A DNA stretch of 63,992 nucleotides, the filler included, from Candidatus Hydrogenedentota bacterium (lineage in GTDB: Bacteria; JBFMHD01), in the NCBI GenBank assembly GCA_040752395.1. It is 12 parts of 12 records of this genome, joined end to end, with 100 filler letters (N's around TTAATTAATTAA, not from the genome) between each part and the next. Parts side by side here need not be neighbours in the genome. Positions count along the whole stretch, not along the records: positions 5,805 to 11,417 come from JBFMHD010000181.1; positions 11,518 to 17,116 come from JBFMHD010000182.1; positions 17,217 to 22,812 come from JBFMHD010000183.1; 9 more parts are not named here. One strand, written 5' to 3'. The notes under the pieces were generated by a model. The model did not search any database, was not told the DNA's origin, and saw only the letters and a list, made by a program, of their open reading frames with translations. The position numbers and the translations under genes are program-made. The number at the start of each line of letters is the position of its first letter. Position 1 is the stretch's first letter. Of this stretch, positions 9,645 through 19,307 are shown in pieces.

Positions 9645-10082
9645 TTTAATCACATAATCAAAACTCAAATTCACCTCGGGATGGGTTGCTCTCAATACTT
9701 TCAGAGTTTTCTCTATATCTCCGATGGGTTTCATATCGATATGATCCATCTTAAACGTTGCAATAACCTTTGTGCCTCTGTGCCTCTGTGCCTCTGTGCC
9801 TTCCCCTGTACAACTTTCAATCTTCATTTCGCCTTCTGCTTCCCTGCACGCCTGAGAAAGCATCGATAACCCGAGTCCAAACTTCTTCCCTTGTTTCGTT
9901 GTATAAAACGGATTTGCTGCATTTTCTAAAGATTCTTTATCCATACCTTTGCCGTTATCCTCAATTTCAAGTGTCAGAAAATCATCTTTCTTGTTTTCTA
10001 TCATTCTAATATCGATCCTGCTTGCGCCTGCTCTTAAAGAGTTTTCTACGATATCCATAATATGTAACGATAAATCTTCCAT
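9594..10082 (-). CDS. HATPase_c (histidine kinase-like ATPase) of DRTGG/hydrogenase-associated operons
   Basis: DIVENSLRAGA, EDNGKGM, PFYTTK, GLGL, HIDMKPIGD. Confidence 0.85.
   Translation of the reverse strand: MEDLSLHIMDIVENSLRAGASRIDIRMIENKKDDFLTLEIEDNGKGMDKESLENAANPFYTTKQGKKFGLGLSMLSQACREAEGEMKIESCTGEGTEAQRHRGTKVIATFKMDHIDMKPIGDIEKTLKVLRATHPEVNLSFDYVIKQGTKAQSGKGTEYENL
9768..9801. repeat. Intragenic (CTCTGTGC)x4 octamer array
   Basis: Encodes GTEAQRHRGTK at the G-x-G-T region of the HATPase. Confidence 0.8.
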
Positions 10083-10802
10083 CTATAAAACTACCCTTCT
10101 TCCCTCCTCTCCAAGAAACGACTTTTTTATTTCTAAAAAACTCGGTTCTTTTAAGTAAAATTGTGTGAACCGCTGACCGATCTCATCTAATCTGTGTGCA
10201 TCAGATGATATGATGACAGGTAATAACAGGTTTTCATACTCATATACTTTTGGGGTAGCTATTACTTCAACAGCATCAAGTTTTACATTTGTGGGTATAA
10301 ATCCAAGTTGTCCTATAATGCTGAAACTTTGCCTGTCTATGTGTGAAGCAATCGCAAGACCATTAAGTTCGTGTATCTTTTCAACTATATCATCAACTGA
10401 TAAATTTGTAGCACCGATCAACAATTTCCTGTTAAACTCAACCACCTCGTCAAACTCGTTGACAACCACCTGCTCACCATACAATTTCTCGTTGTTTTCG
10501 CCTGATAAATTGTCGTAAACTATCTTCTGCATATATAACATATTCTCATCGTCATCAAATAATGCAAGTATATGCACTTCTTCTCTTGATGTTACCTCAA
10601 TACCCCTGATCACGGTCAACCCGGTTTTTTGAGCACACTTACGTACAGCGGAAACGTTTTCACAGGAATTGTGGTCACATATACCTATTATGTCCATTCC
10701 TGTCTCGATTGCACGGTTGACAATCTTTCGTGGAGACATCTCGAGTTCGGCACAGGGTGATAGACAGGTATGTAAATGTAAATCTGTTTTAAACATCTTC
10801 AT
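10083..10802 (-). CDS. PHP-domain phosphoesterase
   Basis: DLHLHTCLSPC, CDHN, EEVH, SSDAH. Confidence 0.88.
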   Translation of the reverse strand: MKMFKTDLHLHTCLSPCAELEMSPRKIVNRAIETGMDIIGICDHNSCENVSAVRKCAQKTGLTVIRGIEVTSREEVHILALFDDDENMLYMQKIVYDNLSGENNEKLYGEQVVVNEFDEVVEFNRKLLIGATNLSVDDIVEKIHELNGLAIASHIDRQSFSIIGQLGFIPTNVKLDAVEVIATPKVYEYENLLLPVIISSDAHRLDEIGQRFTQFYLKEPSFLEIKKSFLGEEGRRVVL

Positions 10803-11142
10803 CTTGTCCTCTTATACCGAGTTGATATAATTTACCAACAACCTGAAACGCATTCATTTCAGTATTTAATACTGGTATTTTTTCATCCACAGCCTTCTTC
10901 AATGTTTCCTCATCAGGTCGTCTGTTATTAACAATCAATATAGCGGATAATTCTTTCATACTTGCAACCGCAATAATATTTAAGTGTGTTTGTAAAGTCA
11001 CCCAGAGGTCACCTTTGCTTGAGTGGGCAATGACATCGCTCAGCATATCACTCACATAACCACCGCTGACCTCTCTATCAAGTAAACTATCACCTGCTAT
11101 CACGTTTAATTTTAAATTTTCTACAATGTTTTTAAGTTTCAT
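10789..11142 (-). CDS. DRTGG-domain protein
   Basis: GGYVSDMLSDVIA, WVTLQTHLNIIAVA. Confidence 0.85.
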   Translation of the reverse strand: MKLKNIVENLKLNVIAGDSLLDREVSGGYVSDMLSDVIAHSSKGDLWVTLQTHLNIIAVASMKELSAILIVNNRRPDEETLKKAVDEKIPVLNTEMNAFQVVGKLYQLGIRGQDEDV

Positions 11143-11363
11143 ACTTTGTGCCTCTGTGTCTCTGTGCCTTCTCCTCCTCTGAAAAACGCTGTAACTCTAA
11201 TAATTCGGGGTACAGGCTACAGGCTACGGACTACAGCCGGCTGGAGCCCGAAGCCCGGAGCCTGAAGTCCGGAGCCTGAAGCCAACATATCATCTTTAGT
11301 TTTTCATACGTTGTGCCTCTGTGCCTCTTTCGTTATCTTTCTTTCCGTTATCTTGCATCTTGC
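11143..11363 (-). repeat. Mosaic intergenic element (upstream TAG, GCAAGA heptamers, module C, module B, terminal SD module, octamers, ATG)
   Basis: Terminal module 11171-11204; ATGAAAAACTAAAGATGATATG 11286-11307. Confidence 0.9.
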
Positions 11364-11517
11364 CTATAACAATCTTAATTTAGTAACCCGTGGATCAAGA
11401 ATAACCTCATCATGTTCNNNNNNNNNNNNNNNNNNNNNNNNNNNNNNNNNNNNNNNNNNNNTTAATTAATTAANNNNNNNNNNNNNNNNNNNNNNNNNNN
11501 NNNNNNNNNNNNNNNNN

Positions 11518-11924
11518 AGCAAGAGGCAAGAAGCAAGAAGCAAGATTATGGAATCCCACTGAAGACCGAGGGAATACAGTATACTGCTTCCCTGAAACGT
11601 GAGACACTTTAAAGGGGAGGGAAAGAGGCACAAAGGCACAAAGTATGAAAAAAATAGGAGTTAGGAGTTCGTAATAATAGATACGAGCTCCGAGCTCCGA
11701 ACTTTTTCGAAGGAGTTTTCATGAGCGCGGGTTGCGCTCTACACTATTGTGTTATTGGGTTCTTGGGTTATTGGGTTCTTGGGTTTTTGCGCTCTACACA
11801 ATATATGAAAAACTAAAGATGATATGTTGGCTTCAGGCTCTGGGCTTTTGGCTCCAGCCGGCTGTAGTCCGTAGCCTGTAGCCTGTAGCCCGAATTATTA
11901 GAGTTACAGCGTTTTTTGAAGGAG
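11518..11924 (+). repeat. Longest mosaic element copy (at least 407 bp, 5' end in gap), containing most modules
   Basis: GCAAGAA heptamers, CCCTGAAACGTG module, GGCACAAA, GGAGTTA hairpin, GCGCTCTACAC-(TTGGGTTA)n-GCGCTCTACAC, modules C and B, terminal module 11894-11924. Confidence 0.9.
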
Positions 11925-11934
11925 AGATTAATTT

Positions 11935-12597
11935 TTAATGTTTTATTTTGGCTTTCGGATAATTTATAAGAATTTTTTTGTAGGTCTCGAGTCTTCTTTT
12001 AATTAAATCGAGTTTGTATTTTGCATCCCAGGACCAGGGACTATCTGGAAAATTATTAACAACTTCTTTATAATACTCTTTAGCTAAAGTCAAATCCTGA
12101 TAACGTTCTGTGTATCGTTCAAAGATAGAAATCAATCGAATATGCTTTTTACTTTTTTTTCTTTTTACTCCGATAGAGCCGGCAGATTGAAATGGTCTTC
12201 TAACAGGACTTACTCTGTGTAGACTATGATAAAAAATATGACCGAGTTTATAATAATAATAAGCCTCGTCACCGCCTGCCTCATATCTCGTTCGTGCAAA
12301 TATATCTTTCTCGTAGTAATATTGACCAAGAATTGATTTACCATTATACGCACCTGGTTTTTTAGAAACAACGGCGAGTTGAGAAAGATGTTTATCGAGG
12401 AGATGATAGGCTTCAGTGATTTGAATCATACGTTCACAACATTCTTTAGATAACTCATACGGGTTATTGTCAGGATGATTTTGTTTCACAGCATTTCTAT
12501 ACGCATTTTTTAAAGTCTTTTTGTTATACGGATAGGATATTTCAAGCAGCTGGCAGGCCTCAACAATTTCTGGAGAGATTATAGTTGTGCTCATCAT
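11935..12597 (-). CDS. DnaJ (J-domain) protein with TPR-like C-terminus
   Basis: LKNAYRNAVKQNHPD, ITEAYHLL; YYYKLG and NFPDSPW. ATG 12597 is likely because the 12651 extension reads through repeat-like sequence. Confidence 0.75.
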   Translation of the reverse strand: MMSTTIISPEIVEACQLLEISYPYNKKTLKNAYRNAVKQNHPDNNPYELSKECCERMIQITEAYHLLDKHLSQLAVVSKKPGAYNGKSILGQYYYEKDIFARTRYEAGGDEAYYYYKLGHIFYHSLHRVSPVRRPFQSAGSIGVKRKKSKKHIRLISIFERYTERYQDLTLAKEYYKEVVNNFPDSPWSWDAKYKLDLIKRRLETYKKILINYPKAKIKH

Positions 12598-12718
12598 TTT
12601 AAAGAATAATCCCCTGAATACAGAGAACCAAAGACCGAACTTAAGAACCACACCACAAGACCGATGGAGGATACTTAAAAATTTATATTAAATGATAAAG
12701 AAATGCAATATAAAACAC

Positions 12719-12746
12719 TCAAGAATTATGTAAACCTTGTCGATAT
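12719..12746 (+). promoter_or_regulatory. Possible sigma28 (FliA) promoter
   Basis: TCAA-N16-GTCGATAT upstream of murA-flg operon. Confidence 0.3.
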
Positions 12747-12839
12747 TTAATATTGTGGTTTCTTCTGTAAAATAAAGATGATGAGACCCTAATTTTTATC
12801 ACTTGAATAGAAAAGAGAAACTACGGAGTTAATTAGACT

Positions 12840-14102
12840 GTGGATAAATTTGTTATCACAGGTGGTAGAAAGCTTGAAGGCGAAGCAGAGATTAGCGGCT
12901 CTAAGAATGCTACCTTGCCTCTTATAGCAGCTACTTTGTTATCGCGCGATAGATTCTTACTAAAAAATGTTCCTGATTTAAAAGATATATTAACTATGAC
13001 TGCTGTTTTAAGAACGCTTGGAGCTTTATGTGAAATAGATACTTCAAAAAAAATACTTGAGATTAATACCTCTAAAATTAAACGATACGAAGCTCATTAT
13101 GACCTTGTAAGAAAGATGAGAGCCTCTGTTGTTGTGCTCGGACCACTTCTTGCAAGATATGGGAGAGCAAAGGTATCGTTACCAGGGGGTTGCGCAATAG
13201 GTACAAGACCAATTGATATACATCTTGCAGGATTACAAAGGCTGGGTGCTGATATCTCAGTTAATCAGGGATATATAGAAGCTTTAGCCCCGCGTGGACT
13301 AAAAGGAGCGGAGATAGTATTAAAATTTCCTTCAGTTGGTGCAACTCAGAACATTATGATGGCTGCTACGCTTGCTTGTGGTAAGACCGTTATAAAAAAT
13401 GCAGCTAAAGAGCCTGAAAATAAGACTCTCGCAGAATTTTTAAATAAGATGGGTGCCAAAATAGAGGGGGCCGGAACTCATATTATAATGATAGAAGGTG
13501 TTGACGAACTTAAAGGAGTTGATTTTGATATCCCACCGGATCGTATTGAAACAGGGACTTTTCTTATGGCTGGCGCTATCACAGCAGGTAAAGTGAGTGT
13601 GAGACCAGCTATCCCAGCTGAAAATAAAGCTTTATTAGAAAAACTCCGGGAGATGGGTTATGAGTTTGCACAAGGAAAAGATTTTATAACTATTCTACCA
13701 GAGAAACCAGCTAAACCAACTAATGTTAAAACAGCAGTCTATCCTGGTTTTCCCACTGATTTACAGGCACAGTTTATGGTTCTTTGCTGTTTATGCAAAG
13801 GTAAATCTGTTATGACAGAGACGATTTTTGAAAACAGGTTTATGCATACAAGCGAGTTAAAAAGGCTCGGTGCTGATATAAAAGTTGAGGGTAATAAGGC
13901 GATAATAAATGGTGGTAAAAGATTGATAGGTGCACCTGTTATGGCTTCTGATTTAAGAGCAAGTGCTGCTCTTATACTTGCAGGTCTTGTAGCTAAAGGT
14001 AGAACTGAGGTAATGAGAGTTTATCATATAGATCGCGGTTATGAGAGGTTTGAGGAGAAACTAAGTAAACTTGGTGCGAGTGTTAAACGCATACAGAGAT
14101 GA
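12840..14102 (+). CDS. murA: UDP-N-acetylglucosamine 1-carboxyvinyltransferase
   Basis: SGSKNA, LPGGCAIGTRPIDIH, YPGFPTDLQ, IFENRFMH, HIDRGYE. Confidence 0.97.
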   Translation: MDKFVITGGRKLEGEAEISGSKNATLPLIAATLLSRDRFLLKNVPDLKDILTMTAVLRTLGALCEIDTSKKILEINTSKIKRYEAHYDLVRKMRASVVVLGPLLARYGRAKVSLPGGCAIGTRPIDIHLAGLQRLGADISVNQGYIEALAPRGLKGAEIVLKFPSVGATQNIMMAATLACGKTVIKNAAKEPENKTLAEFLNKMGAKIEGAGTHIIMIEGVDELKGVDFDIPPDRIETGTFLMAGAITAGKVSVRPAIPAENKALLEKLREMGYEFAQGKDFITILPEKPAKPTNVKTAVYPGFPTDLQAQFMVLCCLCKGKSVMTETIFENRFMHTSELKRLGADIKVEGNKAIINGGKRLIGAPVMASDLRASAALILAGLVAKGRTEVMRVYHIDRGYERFEEKLSKLGASVKRIQR

Positions 14103-14125
14103 GCAATGACGGAGGTATCTAATCG

Positions 14126-14950
14126 ATGATACGAGGTCTTTACACAGGCGCTATCGGAATGTATATGAGAATGAACCAGCATGACGTTATTGCTAATAAT
14201 ATTGCCAATGTCGATACTACAGGTTATAAAGCTGATAGAATTATCTTTAAAGCTTTTCCAGATAAAGTAGCAAGCAGATTAAATGATGATATAGAAAGAT
14301 TTATAGATGGTTCTATTATTGATAAGGCGCCGAAAGTTGGTAAAATTGGTACCGGTGTAGAAATTAACGACCTTTATTCTAATATGGCACAGGGACAATT
14401 ACAGGAAACAGATAGCCCGTTTGATTTAGCGATACTTGGTAATGGGTTTTTTGCTGTTCAGACACCGGATGGTATTAAATATACTCGGAATGGTGCGTTT
14501 ACTGTTAATAGTGAGGGTATTTTGATGACAGAGGCGGGTTATTCTGTACTTGGTGAGTCAGGATTAATTGTTGTTTTGGATGATAATAATTTTGTTGTAC
14601 GGGATGATGGCAGTATTGTTGTCAATCTTAATGATGATAAGCGGCCACCAAACGAATTTGAACAGACAATTGTTTCGGATAAAATTAAAATAGTTACATT
14701 TAAAGAACCGCGACAACTTGATAAGTATGGTCATAATCTTTTTGAACCGACTGAAGAGAGCGGTCATCCTGAACCTGCGATTGATGTGAGAATAAAACAG
14801 GGAGCAATAGAAAAATCAAACGTTAATATTGTTGAAGAGATGGTGTTACTTATAGATGTTATGAGGGCTTATGAGGCTAATCAAAAGAGTGTCCAGGTAC
14901 ATGATGATTTGTTAAGACAGGCATGGAGTGAGGTTTCAAGGTTTGCCTGA
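14126..14950 (+). CDS. flgF: Flagellar basal-body rod protein FlgF/FlgG family
   Basis: IANNIANVDTTGYK, YTRNGAF, EKSNVNIVEEM. Confidence 0.8.
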   Translation: MIRGLYTGAIGMYMRMNQHDVIANNIANVDTTGYKADRIIFKAFPDKVASRLNDDIERFIDGSIIDKAPKVGKIGTGVEINDLYSNMAQGQLQETDSPFDLAILGNGFFAVQTPDGIKYTRNGAFTVNSEGILMTEAGYSVLGESGLIVVLDDNNFVVRDDGSIVVNLNDDKRPPNEFEQTIVSDKIKIVTFKEPRQLDKYGHNLFEPTEESGHPEPAIDVRIKQGAIEKSNVNIVEEMVLLIDVMRAYEANQKSVQVHDDLLRQAWSEVSRFA

Positions 14951-14970
14951 TTTTAGTCGATAGTTTAAGA

Positions 14971-15165
14971 GAGGTAAGATAACGAAAGAAGCAAGAAGCA
15001 AGATAATTGGGTTATTGGGTTATTGGGTTATTGGGTTATTGCGTTATTGCGTTATCTTGCTTCTTGCCTCTTGCTTCTTTCGTTATCTTTCTTTTTTGTT
15101 ATCTTGCTTCTTGCTTCTTGCTTCTACTTGATATTATTATAGTTACAGCGTTTTTCAGAGGAGGT
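14971..15165 (+). repeat. Mosaic element between flgF and flgG providing the flgG SD
   Basis: AGATAACGAAAGAAGCAAGA inverted arms around (TTGGGTTA)4(TTGCGTTA)2; terminal module 15133-15164. Confidence 0.9.
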
Positions 15166-15174
15166 ACATAACCT

Positions 15175-15966
15175 ATGATGAGGTCATTATGGACTGCAGC
15201 AAGCGGAATGACAGCTCAACAATTTAATGTTGATGTTATTTCTAATAACCTTGCAAATGTTAATACCACAGGTTATAAGAAAACAAGAACAGAATTTGAG
15301 GATTTATTGTATGAAACATTAAAACTGGCAGGCACACCTGCCTCAGTCGGTTCACAGATTCCAACAGGTATTCAGGTGGGACACGGGGTTAAACCTTCAT
15401 CAACCAAGGGGTTGTTTACACAGGGTGATTTTATGCAGACAGATGACCCATTAAACATTCTTATTGAGGGCGAGGGATTTTTTCAGGTGGAACTTCCTGA
15501 TGGTACTATAGGTTATACGCGGGATGGCTCGTTTGAAATAGATTCAACGGGTCAGATGGTTACAAGTCAGGGTTATAGATTAATCGATTCTGAGATAGTT
15601 ATACCTGAAGATACACTGGATATAATGATTAATGCAGAGGGTGTTGTGAATGTGAGGATTGCGGGTCAGACTGCGTTGCAGGAAGTAGGGCAGATTAACC
15701 TTGCTAATTTTATTAATCCCTCGGGTCTTTTGAAGGTAGGTGAGAACGTGTTCAAGGAAACAGCTGCAAGCGGTGCACCGATTGTTGGTGCGCCTGGTGA
15801 AAATGATAATGGTGTATTAAGACAGGGGTTTCTTGAATTATCAAATGTCAAAGTCGTTGAAGAAATGGTTAATCTTATAACCGCTCAACGAGCTTATGAA
15901 TCTAACTCTAAAACAATACAGGCAGCTGATAATATGCTTGCTACCGCGGTTAATCTGAGAAGATAG
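15175..15966 (+). CDS. flgG: Flagellar basal-body rod protein FlgG
   Basis: MRSLWTAASGM, ISNNLANVNTTGYK, FEDLLY, LELSNV, AQRAYE. Confidence 0.95.
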   Translation: MMRSLWTAASGMTAQQFNVDVISNNLANVNTTGYKKTRTEFEDLLYETLKLAGTPASVGSQIPTGIQVGHGVKPSSTKGLFTQGDFMQTDDPLNILIEGEGFFQVELPDGTIGYTRDGSFEIDSTGQMVTSQGYRLIDSEIVIPEDTLDIMINAEGVVNVRIAGQTALQEVGQINLANFINPSGLLKVGENVFKETAASGAPIVGAPGENDNGVLRQGFLELSNVKVVEEMVNLITAQRAYESNSKTIQAADNMLATAVNLRR

Positions 15967-15982
15967 CAAGGAGACTTAATCC

Positions 15983-16915
15983 GTGAGATTTAAATTGTGT
16001 GCTGTTTTATTATTGATTTTTATCTCTTTTCAATTAGATGCTGTAACTATTAAATTGAAAGACTCTGTAGTTGTAAGAGATGACAATATCTATCTTTCTG
16101 ATATTTGCGAGTCCATTAATGATAAGAATTTATTAATCTGCGAGTCACCAGCTCCTGGAACGAAACGTATTATACCGTCACGTCTTGTTGAAATAAGATT
16201 AAAACAAGCGCATCTACGTGATATAAAATTTGAGGATAGCGACAGGTGCGAGGTATACAGGTCTGCTGATATCGTCTCTGATGAAATGATTAAAGACAAT
16301 ATATTAGAATTCTTAAACAAAAACAGACCCGAAGGCGTTTTTAATCCTGAGTATAGATTCATAAAATTACCAGGTAAAGTTTATGTTAAAGAGGGTAAGA
16401 TAAGATTAGAGGTTCAAGCAAAGAATAGAAAAATTAATTTCTATGGGAGTAATTTTCTTGAAGTGAAAGTTTATGTAGATGATGAGATACAAAAAAATAT
16501 AAATATATGTGTTGATATTGAGAGTATGGTTGAAGTTGCAGTTGCGGCAAGAGAGATTCCGCGTGGAAAAATTATAAGCGAGGAAGATATCTTTCTTACA
16601 CTTAAACGATATAAAGAGATCCCGAAGGATGCTTATGACAAACTTGAACTTTTAATCGCTAAGAGAGTAAGACATTTTATTGATAAGGATATCTGTCTTA
16701 CTCCGCGAGATGTTGAGATACCGCCTGTTGTAAAGAGGGGGGATGAGGTTACTTTAATTTCAAAGATAGGGAATATAGTTATCTCTGTTAAAGGCGAAGC
16801 AAGAGAGGATGCCAGATTAGGAGACAAAATCTGGGTTAAAAATATACAATCAGGTAAAATGGTTCAGGGAGTCGTAACTGATTGTAATAGAGTTAGTGTT
16901 GGAGGTAATTTATGA
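15983..16915 (+). CDS. flgA: Flagellar P-ring formation chaperone
   Basis: Signal peptide, SAF domain VAAREIPRG, VKRGDEV, VKNIQSGK; lies between flgG and flgH. Confidence 0.88.
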   Translation: MRFKLCAVLLLIFISFQLDAVTIKLKDSVVVRDDNIYLSDICESINDKNLLICESPAPGTKRIIPSRLVEIRLKQAHLRDIKFEDSDRCEVYRSADIVSDEMIKDNILEFLNKNRPEGVFNPEYRFIKLPGKVYVKEGKIRLEVQAKNRKINFYGSNFLEVKVYVDDEIQKNINICVDIESMVEVAVAAREIPRGKIISEEDIFLTLKRYKEIPKDAYDKLELLIAKRVRHFIDKDICLTPRDVEIPPVVKRGDEVTLISKIGNIVISVKGEAREDARLGDKIWVKNIQSGKMVQGVVTDCNRVSVGGNL

Positions 16916-17116
16916 AAAGAGTTATAACATTAATTGGATTTATATTTTTATATTCTCAAATCTGTTATGGGGTATCTTTATGGGAGCCAGGCGGTTCGCT
17001 ATTTACTGAATTAAAAGAAAGAAATGTGGGTGATGTTATCACGATAATTGTTACTGAGCGTGCTGATGCTCAGCATAAATCTAATGATGAATTTGATAAA
17101 GAGGTAAAACTCGATG
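16912..17116 (+). CDS. flgH: Flagellar L-ring protein, partial (runs into gap)
   Basis: SLW...SLF...VGDVITIIVTE; synteny. Confidence 0.8.
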
Positions 17117-17216
17117 NNNNNNNNNNNNNNNNNNNNNNNNNNNNNNNNNNNNNNNNNNNNTTAATTAATTAANNNNNNNNNNNNNNNNNNNNNNNNNNNN
17201 NNNNNNNNNNNNNNNN

Positions 17217-17439
17217 GGGTTCTTGGGTTATTGCGTTTTTGCGCTCTACACAAAGGATGAAAAACTAAAGATGATATGAAAAGAGTCGTGAGTCACAAGT
17301 CGCAAGTCGTGAGTCAAAACAGGACTCGAGACTCAAGACTTTTCAGCAGGCTCTGGGCTTTTGGCTCCAGCCGGCTGTAGTCCGTAGCCTGTAGCCTGTA
17401 CCCCGAATTATTAGAGTTGCGAAGTTTTTCAGAGGAGGT
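17217..17439 (+). repeat. Mosaic element (D-C-E-B-terminal) providing SD of the PIN/TRAM gene
   Basis: Closely similar to 55190-55398; terminal module 17407-17438. Confidence 0.9.
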
Positions 17440-17446
17440 GAGAGAG

Positions 17447-18457
17447 GTGATAGTATTAAGGATTATTTTTTTATTCTTATTCATATTTAGTGGTATTTTG
17501 ATAACTGAAAAGTTTAGACCACAACAGGGGATATCTATTATTGGTATATTTGCAGGAATATTTATAGCTCTTTTAGCATGGGGGCTTGAACTGGCTTTAA
17601 TGAATGTTCCTAAAAAGAAGATATTTTTAGGAATGATAGGGTTATTTTTGGGTATACTCTTTTCGCGATATATAACATTATGGCTAATTTCAGGTCTCTA
17701 TGTATTAGGTATGGAGAGAGCAGAGTTTAATTTATTATCCAATGTCTTAAAGGTGCTAATAAGTATACTTGTAATATACCTGACAATGATATTTGTAATA
17801 AGAAAGGTACCGGAGATTGCGAATATCCTTGATAGTTTCAAAGAGAGCAGATTTGTAGAAGGCAGTCCAAAGGTTATTGACACCAGCGTGATTATCGATG
17901 GCAGGATATATGATATTCTTAAAACTGGTTTTATTGAAGGGAATGTAATTATACCGAGATTTATTCTTGAAGAGATACAGCAGATAGCAGATTCGTCAGA
18001 CACGATTAAACGTAATAGAGGCCGGAGAGGACTCGAGATACTTAATCGCTTACAGAAAGAGCTTGAGGACAGGGTTCTGATAGTTGAGGACGATTATGAA
18101 GACATAAAAGAGATAGATTCTAAACTTGTTAAGATCGCTCAAACTTATCATGCTAAACTTATAACCAATGATTATAATTTAAATAAAATTGCTGAGCTTC
18201 AGAAAGTGGTTGTACTTAATGTTAATGAGTTGACCAATGCAATGAAACCCGTGGCAGTTCCTGGTGAAGAGATGAGGATTCAGGTTGTAAAAGAGGGTAA
18301 GGATGCGGGTCAGGGTGTCGGTTATTTATCTGATGGCACAATGGTTGTTGTTGAACAGGGCAAACGATTTATAGGTCGTGAAGCACGAGTTATTGTTACA
18401 AGTCTGCATCAGACCGCAGCTGGCAGAATGATATTTACTAAGTTAAAAGAGATGTAG
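17447..18457 (+). CDS. Membrane PIN/TRAM domain protein (YacL family)
   Basis: TM helices, [36 protein letters not shown] 17447 follows GGAGG. Confidence 0.92.
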   Translation: MIVLRIIFLFLFIFSGILITEKFRPQQGISIIGIFAGIFIALLAWGLELALMNVPKKKIFLGMIGLFLGILFSRYITLWLISGLYVLGMERAEFNLLSNVLKVLISILVIYLTMIFVIRKVPEIANILDSFKESRFVEGSPKVIDTSVIIDGRIYDILKTGFIEGNVIIPRFILEEIQQIADSSDTIKRNRGRRGLEILNRLQKELEDRVLIVEDDYEDIKEIDSKLVKIAQTYHAKLITNDYNLNKIAELQKVVVLNVNELTNAMKPVAVPGEEMRIQVVKEGKDAGQGVGYLSDGTMVVVEQGKRFIGREARVIVTSLHQTAAGRMIFTKLKEM

Positions 18458-18641
18458 AAAGTTATCCCCTGAAGTCTTGTAGTAGAGTTCTTAAATTCGG
18501 TGTTCGGTTCATCCAACCACCAATTATTTATTAGACAGCTATTATTTTCTGGCAATTTGTGGGCGGCGCTTGCATCTTGCCTCTTGTTTCTTGCTTCTAT
18601 AACTGAGGAATTCCATAAGAAAGATATTATGGGGTCAATTA

Positions 18642-19307
18642 ATGAAACATGGACTTGTGATTGCATGTGGTGGGATCGGGTCACGACTATATAAATCTAT
18701 CCCTAAACAGTTTGTTTTGATTAAAAACAAGCCCCTCTTGTTCTGGACCCTGAAAAATATCCTCAAGTTTAAGTTTAATGAAATTGTTGTAACTTATCCC
18801 AGAGGGTATAAACTGCATACCGAAGATATCTGTAAAAATTTTGAGAATATACTTTTAGTTGAAGGTGGAAAAAGAAGACAGGATAGCGTTAGAAATGCAG
18901 TCAATTGTTTGAAATCATCAGATGTTCTTTTTATACATGATGGAGTCAGACCATTTGTAAACAAAAGATTAATCAATTCTCTTCTTAAGTCCATTGGTGA
19001 CAATAGTGGTATTATACCTGTTTTAAAAATACCAGAAACAGTAAAAGAGATTTGCTCTGATAGAACGACTAAAACAATAGACCGCAAGAATTTATATCTT
19101 ATTCAGACCCCACAGGTATTTTACCTTAAGCATTACCTTAAAGTTTTGGATAAAGTTGATTTTAGCATTGAATATACTGATGATGCTCAGATGTTTGAGA
19201 TGCTCGGGGAAAGTATTGCTACTATCGAAGGATTGAGATATAATATAAAGATTACATATGACGAAGATATTATTCTGGCTGAAAAGCTACTTGAGATATT
19301 TATATGA
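18642..19307 (+). CDS. ispD: 2-C-methyl-D-erythritol 4-phosphate cytidylyltransferase
   Basis: GGIGSR, PKQF, RQDSV, IHDGVRP, QTPQ, TDDA, NIKIT. Confidence 0.93.
   Translation: MKHGLVIACGGIGSRLYKSIPKQFVLIKNKPLLFWTLKNILKFKFNEIVVTYPRGYKLHTEDICKNFENILLVEGGKRRQDSVRNAVNCLKSSDVLFIHDGVRPFVNKRLINSLLKSIGDNSGIIPVLKIPETVKEICSDRTTKTIDRKNLYLIQTPQVFYLKHYLKVLDKVDFSIEYTDDAQMFEMLGESIATIEGLRYNIKITYDEDIILAEKLLEIFI

Noticed and set aside
11143-11924. Repeats as a CRISPR array
   Set aside because: No constant repeat with unique equal-length spacers; no cas genes
15133-15164. Terminal module as a TF operator or riboswitch
   Set aside because: Downstream genes are functionally unrelated, two copies lack a gene start, and it is embedded in larger repeats; disfavoured but not excluded without an Rfam search
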